From an uncultured Gammaproteobacteria bacterium (GTDB taxonomy: Bacteria > Patescibacteriota > Microgenomatia > UBA1406 > GWC2-37-13): a stretch of 64,000 nucleotides of DNA. Positions 44,565 to 53,678 of the stretch are shown here, in pieces. The stretch lies in assembly GCA_964407325.1 (NCBI GenBank), contig CAYOVA010000005.1, forward strand, positions 2,996 to 66,995, in the 5' to 3' direction. The translations under genes and the position numbers were made by a program. Within the stretch, counting starts at the first letter, position 1; each line of letters begins with the position of its first letter. The notes under the pieces were generated by a model that saw only the letters and a program-made list of their open reading frames with translations, made no database searches and was not told the origin of the DNA.

Positions 44565-45737
44565 CTACTCTACCGACCCACCCCATTCAACTACAGTAAA
44601 GCCTGTGCGCTTTGGAATGAAAGTAGGAATCTGTTGTTGTTGATACTGATATGCATCCGGAACCGATTTGAATTCCACCAGAAAATGGATAAAGACATCC
44701 GGTTTTGGCGTAATGTGAACTAAATCTACTTTGTTTTTCTCTTCCCACGTTAACACTCTCATGAAAAATGCAGGACCCGGTTCTTTTTGCAGACGGGGTA
44801 CCCAGTACTCAAGGAATTCGGAATGTTCCCGTCCCTGGAGCCCATATGCTGCAAGAATCGGTGATAAATCCGCTTCAAGTGAGTGTTTTTGTAACAGGAA
44901 ACCTTCATTCCGTTCTGAAGCATCCACTCCGACCTGTGTTTCATAAAATAAATCAGTGTATTTTCCCCCTTTGTAAAACAGAGTGCCGTCAGGGTGGGCG
45001 AGCACCCCATACCAACCGGTTCCGTATTCAGGGATGCTCTTGATAACTATTCCCGGGACTTCCAGAACTACGTCAACCTGCATTGCTCTGGGTGGATACA
45101 AGTACAGAACCGGTTTGTCAAATTGCTTGCAGTAGCGTTTACAAGCAGAACCTAACCGGCGGAGTTCAGAATCAAATTGGGCCTTTGTTATCCGGTCGTA
45201 TTGACTTCCTGAGTTATCTTGTGGTGAGTACCGAATATATTCTTCGGGAGTACCTGCAAATTCGGGTGAGTTTACAAGGAGGATTTGTCTACCATCTGCT
45301 TCACATCGGTAAAACAGGTGCCTGGTAATGGTGCACGTACAATTGACCACTTCCGCTTCTCGGGCACATTCGCCTCCGGGGTTGGAACTGTCACCGGGGG
45401 GAGACTGGGGTTGTGTGGTATTGGGAGCTGTGGCCGTTGGATTTCGTGCTCTCGTTGGGTCTGGAAGGGATGTTATTGCAGCAGTTGGAATACGGGTAAT
45501 GCCTCCAGTAGGAGGTGTTCCTGTCGGTATTTCGGGTGGGATAATGGGAGTAAGTCTCCGAAAGGTTGTTTGTTTCTGATTTGGCTTATATGTTATCAGC
45601 GCCTGGATATCTTCTTCCTGGGCGCGATTGACAAAGGTAGTTGGTCTTGAAACGGCAATGGAGGTTAATACAATCCCTACACCGAGAATACCAAGAAGAG
45701 CTAAAGGTAAAGATTGTTGTTTACGTTTCCTTTTCAT
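44565..45737 (-). CDS. Secreted hypothetical protein (paralog of 3..443)
   Basis: N-terminal anchor (LPLALLGILGVGIVLTSIAV), a Pro/Thr-rich linker, a Cys-containing middle region, and a C-terminal domain shared with the window-start fragment. Confidence 0.6.
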   Translation of the reverse strand: MKRKRKQQSLPLALLGILGVGIVLTSIAVSRPTTFVNRAQEEDIQALITYKPNQKQTTFRRLTPIIPPEIPTGTPPTGGITRIPTAAITSLPDPTRARNPTATAPNTTQPQSPPGDSSNPGGECAREAEVVNCTCTITRHLFYRCEADGRQILLVNSPEFAGTPEEYIRYSPQDNSGSQYDRITKAQFDSELRRLGSACKRYCKQFDKPVLYLYPPRAMQVDVVLEVPGIVIKSIPEYGTGWYGVLAHPDGTLFYKGGKYTDLFYETQVGVDASERNEGFLLQKHSLEADLSPILAAYGLQGREHSEFLEYWVPRLQKEPGPAFFMRVLTWEEKNKVDLVHITPKPDVFIHFLVEFKSVPDAYQYQQQQIPTFIPKRTGFTVVEWGGSVE

Positions 45738-46378
45738 AAGAATCGCATTGTTGCTATCATAGAGTCAAATTCGTAATCTATTGCTTCATTCCGCTCGTTC
45801 CCGAAATAATGGTACACAACGCTATACAAATCTTTATCCCGGATAAAAACATAGGCAGTTTCCTGCAGCAATGCAAATGATCCATTTCCCGGAGCTATAA
45901 TGCTTCCGGAATATTCAATAGCGCTATATCCCAAAATTCGCAAGCTCCGTAAATTGTAGCCTTGGTCATAGTAGTTCTTTTCAATTTCCTGGATTCTTGC
46001 CTCGGTTACATTTTTTTCAATTGTTATTCTCATTGATTTGTCTGTTATTTCTTTTACAGAAGATGAGGGTTTAAAAATCGTTGACTCTGTTGTTGGGGTT
46101 ACTGTGTTTTCCGCACTCCACCCTTTGGGAACACGCAGCAAGAAAAGTGTAGTTGCGAGAGTGTCTGAATTTGAGGCATCAAGCAGGGGGGTGGGTTCAA
46201 TTGTTTCCGCGTCAGATACCGGAACTCTTGATTCATCCACCGGTGCCGTTGCGATAGTAGGCGACAGGTTATTCGATTGACTGCTTTGTGAAGGATTGCG
46301 ACTTATAAGCAAGAGAGCAATAATAAGTCCAAGCAATACAACTAATGAAGCAGTAAAAATAAGTGTTATTTTATTCAT
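45734..46378 (-). CDS. N-terminally anchored hypothetical protein
   Basis: TM helix (LIFTASLVVLLGLIIALLLI), a Ser-rich linker and a ~140-aa globular domain. A 4-nt start/stop overlap with 44565..45737 suggests co-translation. Confidence 0.55.
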   Translation of the reverse strand: MNKITLIFTASLVVLLGLIIALLLISRNPSQSSQSNNLSPTIATAPVDESRVPVSDAETIEPTPLLDASNSDTLATTLFLLRVPKGWSAENTVTPTTESTIFKPSSSVKEITDKSMRITIEKNVTEARIQEIEKNYYDQGYNLRSLRILGYSAIEYSGSIIAPGNGSFALLQETAYVFIRDKDLYSVVYHYFGNERNEAIDYEFDSMIATMRFL

Positions 46379-46399
46379 ATATGCTTTATGGGAATTTCG

Positions 46400-49300
46400 T
46401 TATTTTTCATTGTCAAACTCTTTCAATTTTTTCATCACATCTTCCTCTGAACCGTACTCTTTTGGTTCACTATCGCGGCCATATTCACGGGAGGGTTCTT
46501 CTTCTCCATATTCTTTTAACTCTGGCTCTTTTTTTTCTTCTTCATCCCATGGGATTTCTTTTCCTTGAGATGAAGCAGAGGAGTCATCTGACTGGGAATA
46601 ATAATCGTTGCTACGAATCGAACTGGCATCACTGTCCTCCGGTGTGGATGCCTGTGAACTTTCAGACTGTTCTGTATATGCCTTGTTTACTTCCGGTGCT
46701 GCCTGCACTTCAATCTGGGCTCGTTCTTCAATGGTAGTGGGTCCTTTTTCTTCCTCAAACTCCATGTGCATGGGCTGGTTTAGTTTTTCGTTTTTCTTTT
46801 CCGGTTTCAAGTCCACGAATTCCTCTTCCTGTGCGCGCTTATCGAGCTTGTCCTGTACGAATTTTTCGCGATCTAACAACTTCTTTACCAGTTTTGCTGC
46901 TTCCAGTTTGGCTTTGAGGTAGGTAATAAGCTGATCACCTTTCAGGTTGTTAATCATAAAGATCGGAATAATAAACCCAAGCTCATCCAGTCCTTGTTGT
47001 TGAATCTTTTCATCGGGAGAAAGCACCTTATTCATGACATTGGTGATTGTCACAATATCCTGGTCTACCCATTCTTCACGCGTCTGAATATTTTCCTGAA
47101 CGGGGATTTCACCTTCTTCATACTGGTGTTCCCACATTTCCTTCAGGTCTTCATACTCTTCAAGCGTAATGGAAGGTGGCACAGCCACTATCTTTTCAAT
47201 GTTCTCTTCCGGTTTTGCTGTAATATTCAGCTGCTCCTGAACAACCTGGGCCGCTTCTTCGGTGTGAACCTGCTCTTTTTCTGAGACATCTTTCAGGATA
47301 GCGTCGGTAACCTCCTTATTGTCATTTATAAATCTCAAGATATGACGTACAATTGCAGGCTTATCCTGGGGATTCATACTTTCAATACCCAACTGCTCAC
47401 TCAGTTCCTTATTCTTAAGTGCGCGTTCTGCAAGTTCAGTCGCCAGGTGCTGTTCCTCATTTGTTGGTGCCGGCGCCGGACCGCCACCCGTACCTTCATA
47501 TTGTCCTGCAGCTGCTTCTTTACCAGGAGTGCCTCCCTTTCCTGCTTCGACCAGCTCCGCAGCCGTTTTGGTCGGATTCAAAGGAGGTCCACCGCCGGGG
47601 CTGCCAATGTCTGGTGTCTCTCCGTTTCCACCGGTTGCACCAATTGTTTTTGCAACTGCACTTTGGACTTTTTCCACCTCGATCTTGTTATCTTCGGCAA
47701 AATCAAGAATCATGTTCCGTGTCGTGAACATGGTGTTGATCGTATTCAGAGCGCCTTTGGCTTGACTTTCTGTAACTTTGGCGGTTACCGAGACGCTGGG
47801 TACGACCTGGTTGGCAGGGCGATTCATGTTCTGGGTATACGCGGTAAGGATATCTTTTGTTTGTTGTTGAGTTAGCTTCGATTTTTCTGCAATTTTTGCC
47901 AGTGCCTTTTCACTTTGGAGCATTTTATCCATATAGCTCGTCATAATCTTATTTGTTTTTGAAGCCTGCTGGGTAATTGTCGCATCGAGCGTATTGCGCA
48001 CCTGCTGGGTTGACATGTTGAGTTCTTTTGCCAGGGTTCGGACAGCTTCATTCATGGAACGTGCGTTTGTTTTGGAATAGGCTTCCAAAATCTTTTGTGT
48101 GGACTCAGCTGAACTGTTTACTGCCTTTGCGATTTCTGAAATGGCTTCTTTGTTTAAAGCGACAGTTCCATTTCGTGTTTGTGTACCGGAAGTAGATGAC
48201 GATGTTGAAGCAGAAGAAGCGTTGCTTTCTGCCTTTGACAATGCTGTTTCAATCGTTTTTTGTATTTGTTCAGTGGACAGTGCAAGTTCTTTTGCCAGTA
48301 ATTGCACCGTTTCTGTCATTGCTGCAGAAGTAGATCGTGAATATACTTCCAGAATTTTCCGTGTTGATTCAACGGAAGTATTCATGCTTTGCGCAATAGT
48401 AGAAATGGTTTCCTGGCTTAAGCTGGTAACATTGGTATTGCGTGACATATACATGGTTGAAGCCTCAATTGTGCCTCGAACCTGTTCGGAAGACATATTC
48501 AGCTCTTTGGTAAGGTTTCCGATTGTTTTGTTAAGTGCTTCTGTATTTGCTTGAGAGTACGTCTCGAGAATTCTTCTGGTAGTTGCCGGGGTCGAATTCG
48601 TTGCTTGTGCTACTGAAGTTATAGTATCTGTTGTAAGCAATTGCGCAGCTATGGCAGCGGCACTTCGGGTTGCTGTAGCTGTTCGAGCAGAAACGCTCCC
48701 GGTCGCCGATGCGCTGCTGGATGCGGAACCAAATGCAGACTGGGATGCACTGGAAGCTGCCGCTGCGGAATTCATTACCGATGATTTCATTGTGGAGCTC
48801 ATGGTTCGAGCAAGTTCGTTCATTTGCTCGGCCGTAATGGTAGCCGTTGATTTTGTCGAAACGTTCGCGTTAATACTCTTTATTAGTTCTTCTCTGATTT
48901 TGTTCCTTTCATAACTGGAGGCTGAAGTACTTGAAAGCAGGGTCCGTGCCATACTGTCCTGTTTAATTGCTCTGTTAAAGAGTTCGGTGCGCAGATTCAT
49001 AAATTGCGAACGCTCCGCTCCGGTGGTTGCCTGTGCGGGGTTGGCGAGCATAGCAAAGTTTTTCTGCACCGCTGACATGCGGGTCTGGTTCATTTCCATC
49101 TGGGCAATGTCGGTAAGCCGTGAAGCCTTCATATCAAGCGCTGTGGAAATTTCATGGGTGGCCATCGTTTTCATTTTTTCCGTCGTCGCAATTCTCATCG
49201 CCGCTTTGTTTTCCAGATTTACATCAGTTCTAGTTGGAATACGCAATACCTGTTTCAAATCAAACTTAGGTGCGGGGCCATCTTTCTTCCCCTTTGAACT

Positions 49301-50578
49301 ACGGGCATCTTCGTACATTGAGAAGAGAACATTCTTCATAGCATAGATGCCGTCGCAGCAGTAGTCGCGGAAAATACGCAGTAGCCACCACGGGAAAAAC
49401 GTAACGGCCCACAACATAATAATAGTAATTACATATTCCGAGAACGTATCAACATAGCTACCAGAATTTACAGCTGAAAGAGTTCTGTCATTAATTTGCG
49501 CCGGACCGCCATAGAGAATATTCAAAGCAGTAGGATAGGTATACCCTATAAGCGGGTTATCGGTTGCATCAAAACGCTCTACCGGAATTACACGAGAGAA
49601 GTCGAAGGTAAAGGGAATACCTGCTTTCCAGATTTTCGAGAGAGCCCCAAGAAATAGTGCAAACAGAGGCCCGTACATAAGCCACTGGAAGAATACACCA
49701 ATCCAGATCCACCCAATGTTTCTAATAAATACAAATGGCATTAAGAGGGCGAGAAACGGAGCCACAAAAAGCAGAAACCACAAGAGAATCTTCCGCAAAA
49801 TTATCATCGTACCCATTATGTAATAGGTGATATTCGTAAGCTTGTAGAGGAACATTTTGGTATCAGCCGCTTCCTGTACGCGGATATTCAAGTCGCGGCA
49901 GCCAACAAAGTCAATGTAGTTGCGCTCGGTTGTTCCCAGGTTACCCAGACTGGTAAAGTAGATGGTAAATAAGTCTTTTCCTCCCATGTTATCAATAAAG
50001 AAGCGCATTAGAATCTCGGAGAGCTGGATTAGCAACATGACAATTGAAGCCGAAAGCGCAATATACAGCAGCATAATACCAAGCTTTATTACCGTGGGCC
50101 AGAGCTCAAGGTTTAAGTCAAAGTTGGTACGACGGCTCACGATAAAGCCCAATCCAAAAATAGCAGCTACGATAACTACAAAAAAGAACGCCACAGTGCT
50201 GGTGATGCCCCAGATTTCGCGAAGGACTGGGTGGTCGTCGATGGCGCGGCTGTTAATAGTCCAGTAAATAAACTGGCGGGCGCGGTCGTTTGCTTTTCCC
50301 TGCGCCGTTACTGCTGGATCTTCAATCCAGAAATGTCGGGTAGTGGGAAAGCGACTAAATTCTTGAAATGAGCGAGCACAGGGTTCACCCAGTTCCTGGT
50401 ACACCGGCATCATTTCGGTAGGGCAGCTCCGGGCTTCAGAAGTTCCGCAGGGAATAGGAGTAATTGCATTCCGGGTGATGTCAAAATACGTCATAGGCTC
50501 AATAGCATACGAAGAGACAGGCGCTATGTAGAGCACTACGACAAGGAGCGAGAGCAAAACTGCAATTTTTTTCAACAT
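46400..50578 (-). CDS. Giant polytopic membrane protein with internal ~75-aa repeats and acidic C-terminus (VirB6/TrbL-like topology?)
   Basis: Signal peptide MLKKIAVLLSLLVVVLYIAPVSSYA (start placed at ATG 50578). At least 7 TM helices in aa ~130-440. Then a Ser/Thr/Ala-rich region with 4 degenerate repeats (..I[ST].IAQ..N[ST]..ST.[KR]ILE.YS......M.E.V..LAKEL.[ML]S.[EQ]Q[IV]..T[IL]..). Then a Glu/Lys-rich tail. The VirB6/TrbL assignment rests on topology only. Confidence 0.7.
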   Translation of the reverse strand: MLKKIAVLLSLLVVVLYIAPVSSYAIEPMTYFDITRNAITPIPCGTSEARSCPTEMMPVYQELGEPCARSFQEFSRFPTTRHFWIEDPAVTAQGKANDRARQFIYWTINSRAIDDHPVLREIWGITSTVAFFFVVIVAAIFGLGFIVSRRTNFDLNLELWPTVIKLGIMLLYIALSASIVMLLIQLSEILMRFFIDNMGGKDLFTIYFTSLGNLGTTERNYIDFVGCRDLNIRVQEAADTKMFLYKLTNITYYIMGTMIILRKILLWFLLFVAPFLALLMPFVFIRNIGWIWIGVFFQWLMYGPLFALFLGALSKIWKAGIPFTFDFSRVIPVERFDATDNPLIGYTYPTALNILYGGPAQINDRTLSAVNSGSYVDTFSEYVITIIMLWAVTFFPWWLLRIFRDYCCDGIYAMKNVLFSMYEDARSSKGKKDGPAPKFDLKQVLRIPTRTDVNLENKAAMRIATTEKMKTMATHEISTALDMKASRLTDIAQMEMNQTRMSAVQKNFAMLANPAQATTGAERSQFMNLRTELFNRAIKQDSMARTLLSSTSASSYERNKIREELIKSINANVSTKSTATITAEQMNELARTMSSTMKSSVMNSAAAASSASQSAFGSASSSASATGSVSARTATATRSAAAIAAQLLTTDTITSVAQATNSTPATTRRILETYSQANTEALNKTIGNLTKELNMSSEQVRGTIEASTMYMSRNTNVTSLSQETISTIAQSMNTSVESTRKILEVYSRSTSAAMTETVQLLAKELALSTEQIQKTIETALSKAESNASSASTSSSTSGTQTRNGTVALNKEAISEIAKAVNSSAESTQKILEAYSKTNARSMNEAVRTLAKELNMSTQQVRNTLDATITQQASKTNKIMTSYMDKMLQSEKALAKIAEKSKLTQQQTKDILTAYTQNMNRPANQVVPSVSVTAKVTESQAKGALNTINTMFTTRNMILDFAEDNKIEVEKVQSAVAKTIGATGGNGETPDIGSPGGGPPLNPTKTAAELVEAGKGGTPGKEAAAGQYEGTGGGPAPAPTNEEQHLATELAERALKNKELSEQLGIESMNPQDKPAIVRHILRFINDNKEVTDAILKDVSEKEQVHTEEAAQVVQEQLNITAKPEENIEKIVAVPPSITLEEYEDLKEMWEHQYEEGEIPVQENIQTREEWVDQDIVTITNVMNKVLSPDEKIQQQGLDELGFIIPIFMINNLKGDQLITYLKAKLEAAKLVKKLLDREKFVQDKLDKRAQEEEFVDLKPEKKNEKLNQPMHMEFEEEKGPTTIEERAQIEVQAAPEVNKAYTEQSESSQASTPEDSDASSIRSNDYYSQSDDSSASSQGKEIPWDEEEKKEPELKEYGEEEPSREYGRDSEPKEYGSEEDVMKKLKEFDNEK

Positions 50579-50641
50579 ATGTTTTCCAATCCGGATATGT
50601 ATTACAATCATTATAGAGTAAATATTGAAAGTCCACAATAA

Positions 50642-51529
50642 ATGAAAAAAACCAAAACAGTATTTCTTTTTGCAGTAGGTGTTTTCTGCCTCTTTGCGGT
50701 TGGTGCTGTCTCGATTCTCCTGCTGTTAACACCGGATAAAAGAAAGATGGATTCTGCACAAGCACCTAGTCCAGTGCAAAGCATTACAAAACCTTCTCCA
50801 GATGCTGTAGGAAAAGCGGGTGAAGAAGTTCTTTATAGTGAAGACCTGGAATATGAGATGTCATTGTATCCTGCTTCAGAATCCGCATCTGTGAAGGCAG
50901 CTGTTACTAACAAGATGATACGAGATTCAGTACTATTGCAGGCAGCACGTGATGAAGGAGCAATAAGCCTGGATGAAAAAGTGTTTAATGCCCGCAATAA
51001 AAACTACCGTCTCCGATTACGACTTGTAGATTTGGCCAGGAAGAACTTGGAAGAGCGAATAGGGAAGATTAAAGGTACGGGTGTTGTTTTGTGGTATCAA
51101 AACGGAACTCCTGGAGAGGCTGGGTATGATCAAGGGCGGCAGTTAGCGCTGGATAAGATTACTACAGTTCAACGGCAGGTGCAATTAGGAAATATAAGTA
51201 TAGATGAGGCGATTCAGGAGATTGAGGATGATGATTCTCTTCTGTTAGTAGATACTTCATATAAAACCAATGCACGGCTTGATTTTAATGTACCGTTGAG
51301 CAGTCCCATAACTATAGACCCTGAGGTGGATACTACGATAAAAAAACTAAAAAAAGGGCAACTGAGCCAAGTGTTGGAAGGAAAAGATGTTGAACCAGGG
51401 ATTTTAACGGGCAAGCGTGAATCTTTTTTTGTATTTGCACAGGTTCAGGAAAAATCAGAAAGTGAATATGCCAGTTATGATGAATGGTACCAGTCAAAAC
51501 TAAAAAAATATGAAACAGCTTTGTATTAA
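50642..51529 (+). CDS. Membrane-anchored parvulin/PrsA-SurA-like protein (cassette 1, component A)
   Basis: N-terminal TM helix and a SurA_N-like helical segment (MIRDSVLLQAARDEG). A degenerate parvulin-like core (GTGVVLWYQNGTPG ... KLKKGQLSQVLEG ... FFVFAQV). Colinear with 54743..55690 and 58054..59031. Ends ..KKYETALY. Confidence 0.6.
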   Translation: MKKTKTVFLFAVGVFCLFAVGAVSILLLLTPDKRKMDSAQAPSPVQSITKPSPDAVGKAGEEVLYSEDLEYEMSLYPASESASVKAAVTNKMIRDSVLLQAARDEGAISLDEKVFNARNKNYRLRLRLVDLARKNLEERIGKIKGTGVVLWYQNGTPGEAGYDQGRQLALDKITTVQRQVQLGNISIDEAIQEIEDDDSLLLVDTSYKTNARLDFNVPLSSPITIDPEVDTTIKKLKKGQLSQVLEGKDVEPGILTGKRESFFVFAQVQEKSESEYASYDEWYQSKLKKYETALY

Positions 51530-53600
51530 AACTAGTGGCTTTGTGCTTCTGTTTGCAGGATTGTTTCTGTTTTCCGGGAGCGTCGTAGCTTTTGCGCCAG
51601 CGATTTACGGAACGGTGAAAATCAAAGGTTCCGGTGCTCCGGTTCCTGGAGTGTGGCTTGAGTGGAAATCATCGGAATTAGGTTGTTTTGAAGATGATTA
51701 CCCAGATGGTGAGCCAATGATGGGGAACTGCCGAGGTAATCATATAGGTGAGCATTACAGATTTGCTGGTACCGACAGCAACGGATCCTATCGATTTGAA
51801 CGATGGGATTGCTGTGGCGGCGATATTAACGAAGAAAACATCAACGACACCCGGTCAAACCGCGGTGTAACAGAGTATAACACCATGTTAAACCTGGATT
51901 ACAATCCCGCAACCGGAGCTGGAGGCAACGAGGCGCGCCAGGCATCAACTTCTCTTTTTGACCTTTTCAATTGCCATAATGAATACCAGACAGTACAGAT
52001 TCGCTTACCAGCGCAATACTCAAGTTATAAAGTAACAGGAAGATATCGAGATTCGGGCTCATCTAGCTGGACTACAACAAACAAAAACGAAATTATTATA
52101 GATGGACGAACCTTTTCTAACAATCATGATTATATTGCTGAATTTGAGTTAGAGCCGACGACCGAATGCCTTGGCATGAGTATAGAAAGACCGGTACTTA
52201 GCCCGGGACAAAATACCGCAGTAACAGTAACCTACCGTGCTGCAACTTCTAATGCTGGTAGCCTGATTCCCTTTAACTCCAGCAATGCTAATAGAGCTTT
52301 TTATTCTGAAGCAGATGTCAATGCGCCGGGATTAAGCCAAATGAATACTAACCACACAGATCAAGTAAGCGGATTTGCTACTTCCGGGATGGGTAATACA
52401 TTTGTTTGGCGAGTCAGTTACGAACAACTGCACCAAAGGGATAGGAACGCGGGAAACAGCTATCCTACCCAACTGTTTGTAAGACCTTATGCGGGAGGCA
52501 TATGGAATAATCCGCCGTTGGTGTGTTCAGGGACTATCACCCTTGTTACCCCTCCTTCACCGACACCTACTCCCACAAGGACTCCCACACCGACTCCGAC
52601 AAAAACTCCAACACCCACCCGGACACCCACTCCTACCCCTACACCAACTCCAACTCCCACGCCAACACCGACTCCTACGCCTACGCCAAAACCCATTACG
52701 GTAAACATTCTGAATAATACGCAACAATTACAGCAGCAGTTTGTTGCCAATTCATTACGTATAGGATGCCCTGCTTCCGATGTGTGCAGATCTGCCGTTT
52801 ACAAAGATGGTGTAAAGTGCACCACACAAGTCGCAAGCAATACAGGGAATCTCAATATACGACGCACCAGGATCAGAGATTTACGACTGTATTTTAACAA
52901 CCTAACGCGGGAAGACGAGAAAAAACTGTATATTGCAGAGTGCTTTTCCGGTGTCTTGCAAAGTGGTAAGTATGCCTGTACCACTGCAAATTCTCAAAAT
53001 GATCTGCTAATTTTTGGCGCAGACAATTTTTCTGCATTAAAAGCAAGAGGGTATAAGGCTGAATTGTTTGCAATCCATGATAGGGTAGCGCGTCCCTTCC
53101 CTGTTACTCGTCCCATTGTTCCAGCCGATACCGTGGATGAATTCGAATGGCAGTCGACAATGCCCTTTAATGCAACAAGTACCTTTATTGTTGCCTACCG
53201 AACAAACGGGTCTTTGCAAATACCTGCTACGGAGAATAGAACGCAAAAGATGGGTGCGCTTTCGTTTGGTGAAGTATGCCAAGCCGTTGTTGATCCCTAC
53301 GGCTATATTACCGATACAGCTACGGGTAAGCCGGTTGCGGGAGCTCAAGTAACCCTTCTGAAGAAAACAGCGGCGGGAACTTTTAAGCCGTTAACGAATG
53401 ATGAAGTCTCCGCCCTCCCAGGACATGTACTTATTGTGAATCCGCAGCAAACAGGCCAAGATGGTTACTATTCTTTCCATGTACCAGATGGAGAATATAA
53501 AGTTGTAGTAAAACACTCGAGTTACAAGGAGTTTATTTCAAAACCGCTCCTTCAAAAAGGGAAGCCGGTGCGCTTTGATATTACCTTAAAGAGTAAGTAG
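51510..53600 (+). CDS. Secreted Cys-rich surface protein with (TP)n linker and one CarboxypepD_reg-like domain (cassette 1, component B)
   Basis: Signal peptide MKQLCIKTSGFVLLFAGLFLFSGSVVAFA. The N-terminal domain is colinear with B2 (NLDY....G.EAR.A....FD.FNCHNE, NNHDY..EF.L). Conserved EC...Y.CTT.N and FEWQST blocks. C-terminal VVDPYGYITD..TGKPVAGAQVTLLKK...DGYYSFHVPDGEYKVVVK is a prealbumin/CarboxypepD_reg-like fold. No C-terminal TM anchor. Confidence 0.65.
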   Translation: MKQLCIKTSGFVLLFAGLFLFSGSVVAFAPAIYGTVKIKGSGAPVPGVWLEWKSSELGCFEDDYPDGEPMMGNCRGNHIGEHYRFAGTDSNGSYRFERWDCCGGDINEENINDTRSNRGVTEYNTMLNLDYNPATGAGGNEARQASTSLFDLFNCHNEYQTVQIRLPAQYSSYKVTGRYRDSGSSSWTTTNKNEIIIDGRTFSNNHDYIAEFELEPTTECLGMSIERPVLSPGQNTAVTVTYRAATSNAGSLIPFNSSNANRAFYSEADVNAPGLSQMNTNHTDQVSGFATSGMGNTFVWRVSYEQLHQRDRNAGNSYPTQLFVRPYAGGIWNNPPLVCSGTITLVTPPSPTPTPTRTPTPTPTKTPTPTRTPTPTPTPTPTPTPTPTPTPTPKPITVNILNNTQQLQQQFVANSLRIGCPASDVCRSAVYKDGVKCTTQVASNTGNLNIRRTRIRDLRLYFNNLTREDEKKLYIAECFSGVLQSGKYACTTANSQNDLLIFGADNFSALKARGYKAELFAIHDRVARPFPVTRPIVPADTVDEFEWQSTMPFNATSTFIVAYRTNGSLQIPATENRTQKMGALSFGEVCQAVVDPYGYITDTATGKPVAGAQVTLLKKTAAGTFKPLTNDEVSALPGHVLIVNPQQTGQDGYYSFHVPDGEYKVVVKHSSYKEFISKPLLQKGKPVRFDITLKSK
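52549..52695. repeat. Low-complexity (ACN-CCN)n tract encoding a ~48-aa Thr-Pro linker
   Basis: Encodes PPSPTPTPTRTPTPTPTKTPTPTRTPTPTPTPTPTPTPTPTPTPTPKP within 51510..53600. Confidence 0.9.
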
Positions 53601-53605
53601 TAGGT

Positions 53606-53628
53606 GGAAGGGGCAGGATGCCCCTTCC
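53606..53628. terminator. Perfect 9-bp GC-rich hairpin between convergent genes
   Basis: GGAAGGGGC-aggat-GCCCCTTCC starts 6 nt after the stop of 51510..53600 and lies ~50 nt beyond the stop of 53679..54626 (-). No U-tract on either side. Confidence 0.5.
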
Positions 53629-53678
53629 AATGCGAACTTGCCTGTGTTCAGAGCCCGGATTGCTGGTGCTCCTTCCCC

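Noticed and set aside
46608-50267. Numerous 80-180-aa plus-strand ORFs inside the giant gene
   Set aside because: All lie antisense to one uninterrupted 1392-codon frame with a signal peptide, TM helices and repeats. Their sequences are low-complexity mirrors (Ser/Phe/Cys-rich).
52487-52750. Regular short-period repeat, considered as a possible CRISPR or microsatellite, and a (GV)n ORF on the minus strand
   Set aside because: The period is 6 nt (ACN CCN) with no spacers. It is in frame inside 51510..53600 and encodes a (TP)n linker, and the minus-strand (GV)n ORF is its complement. This is not a CRISPR array.
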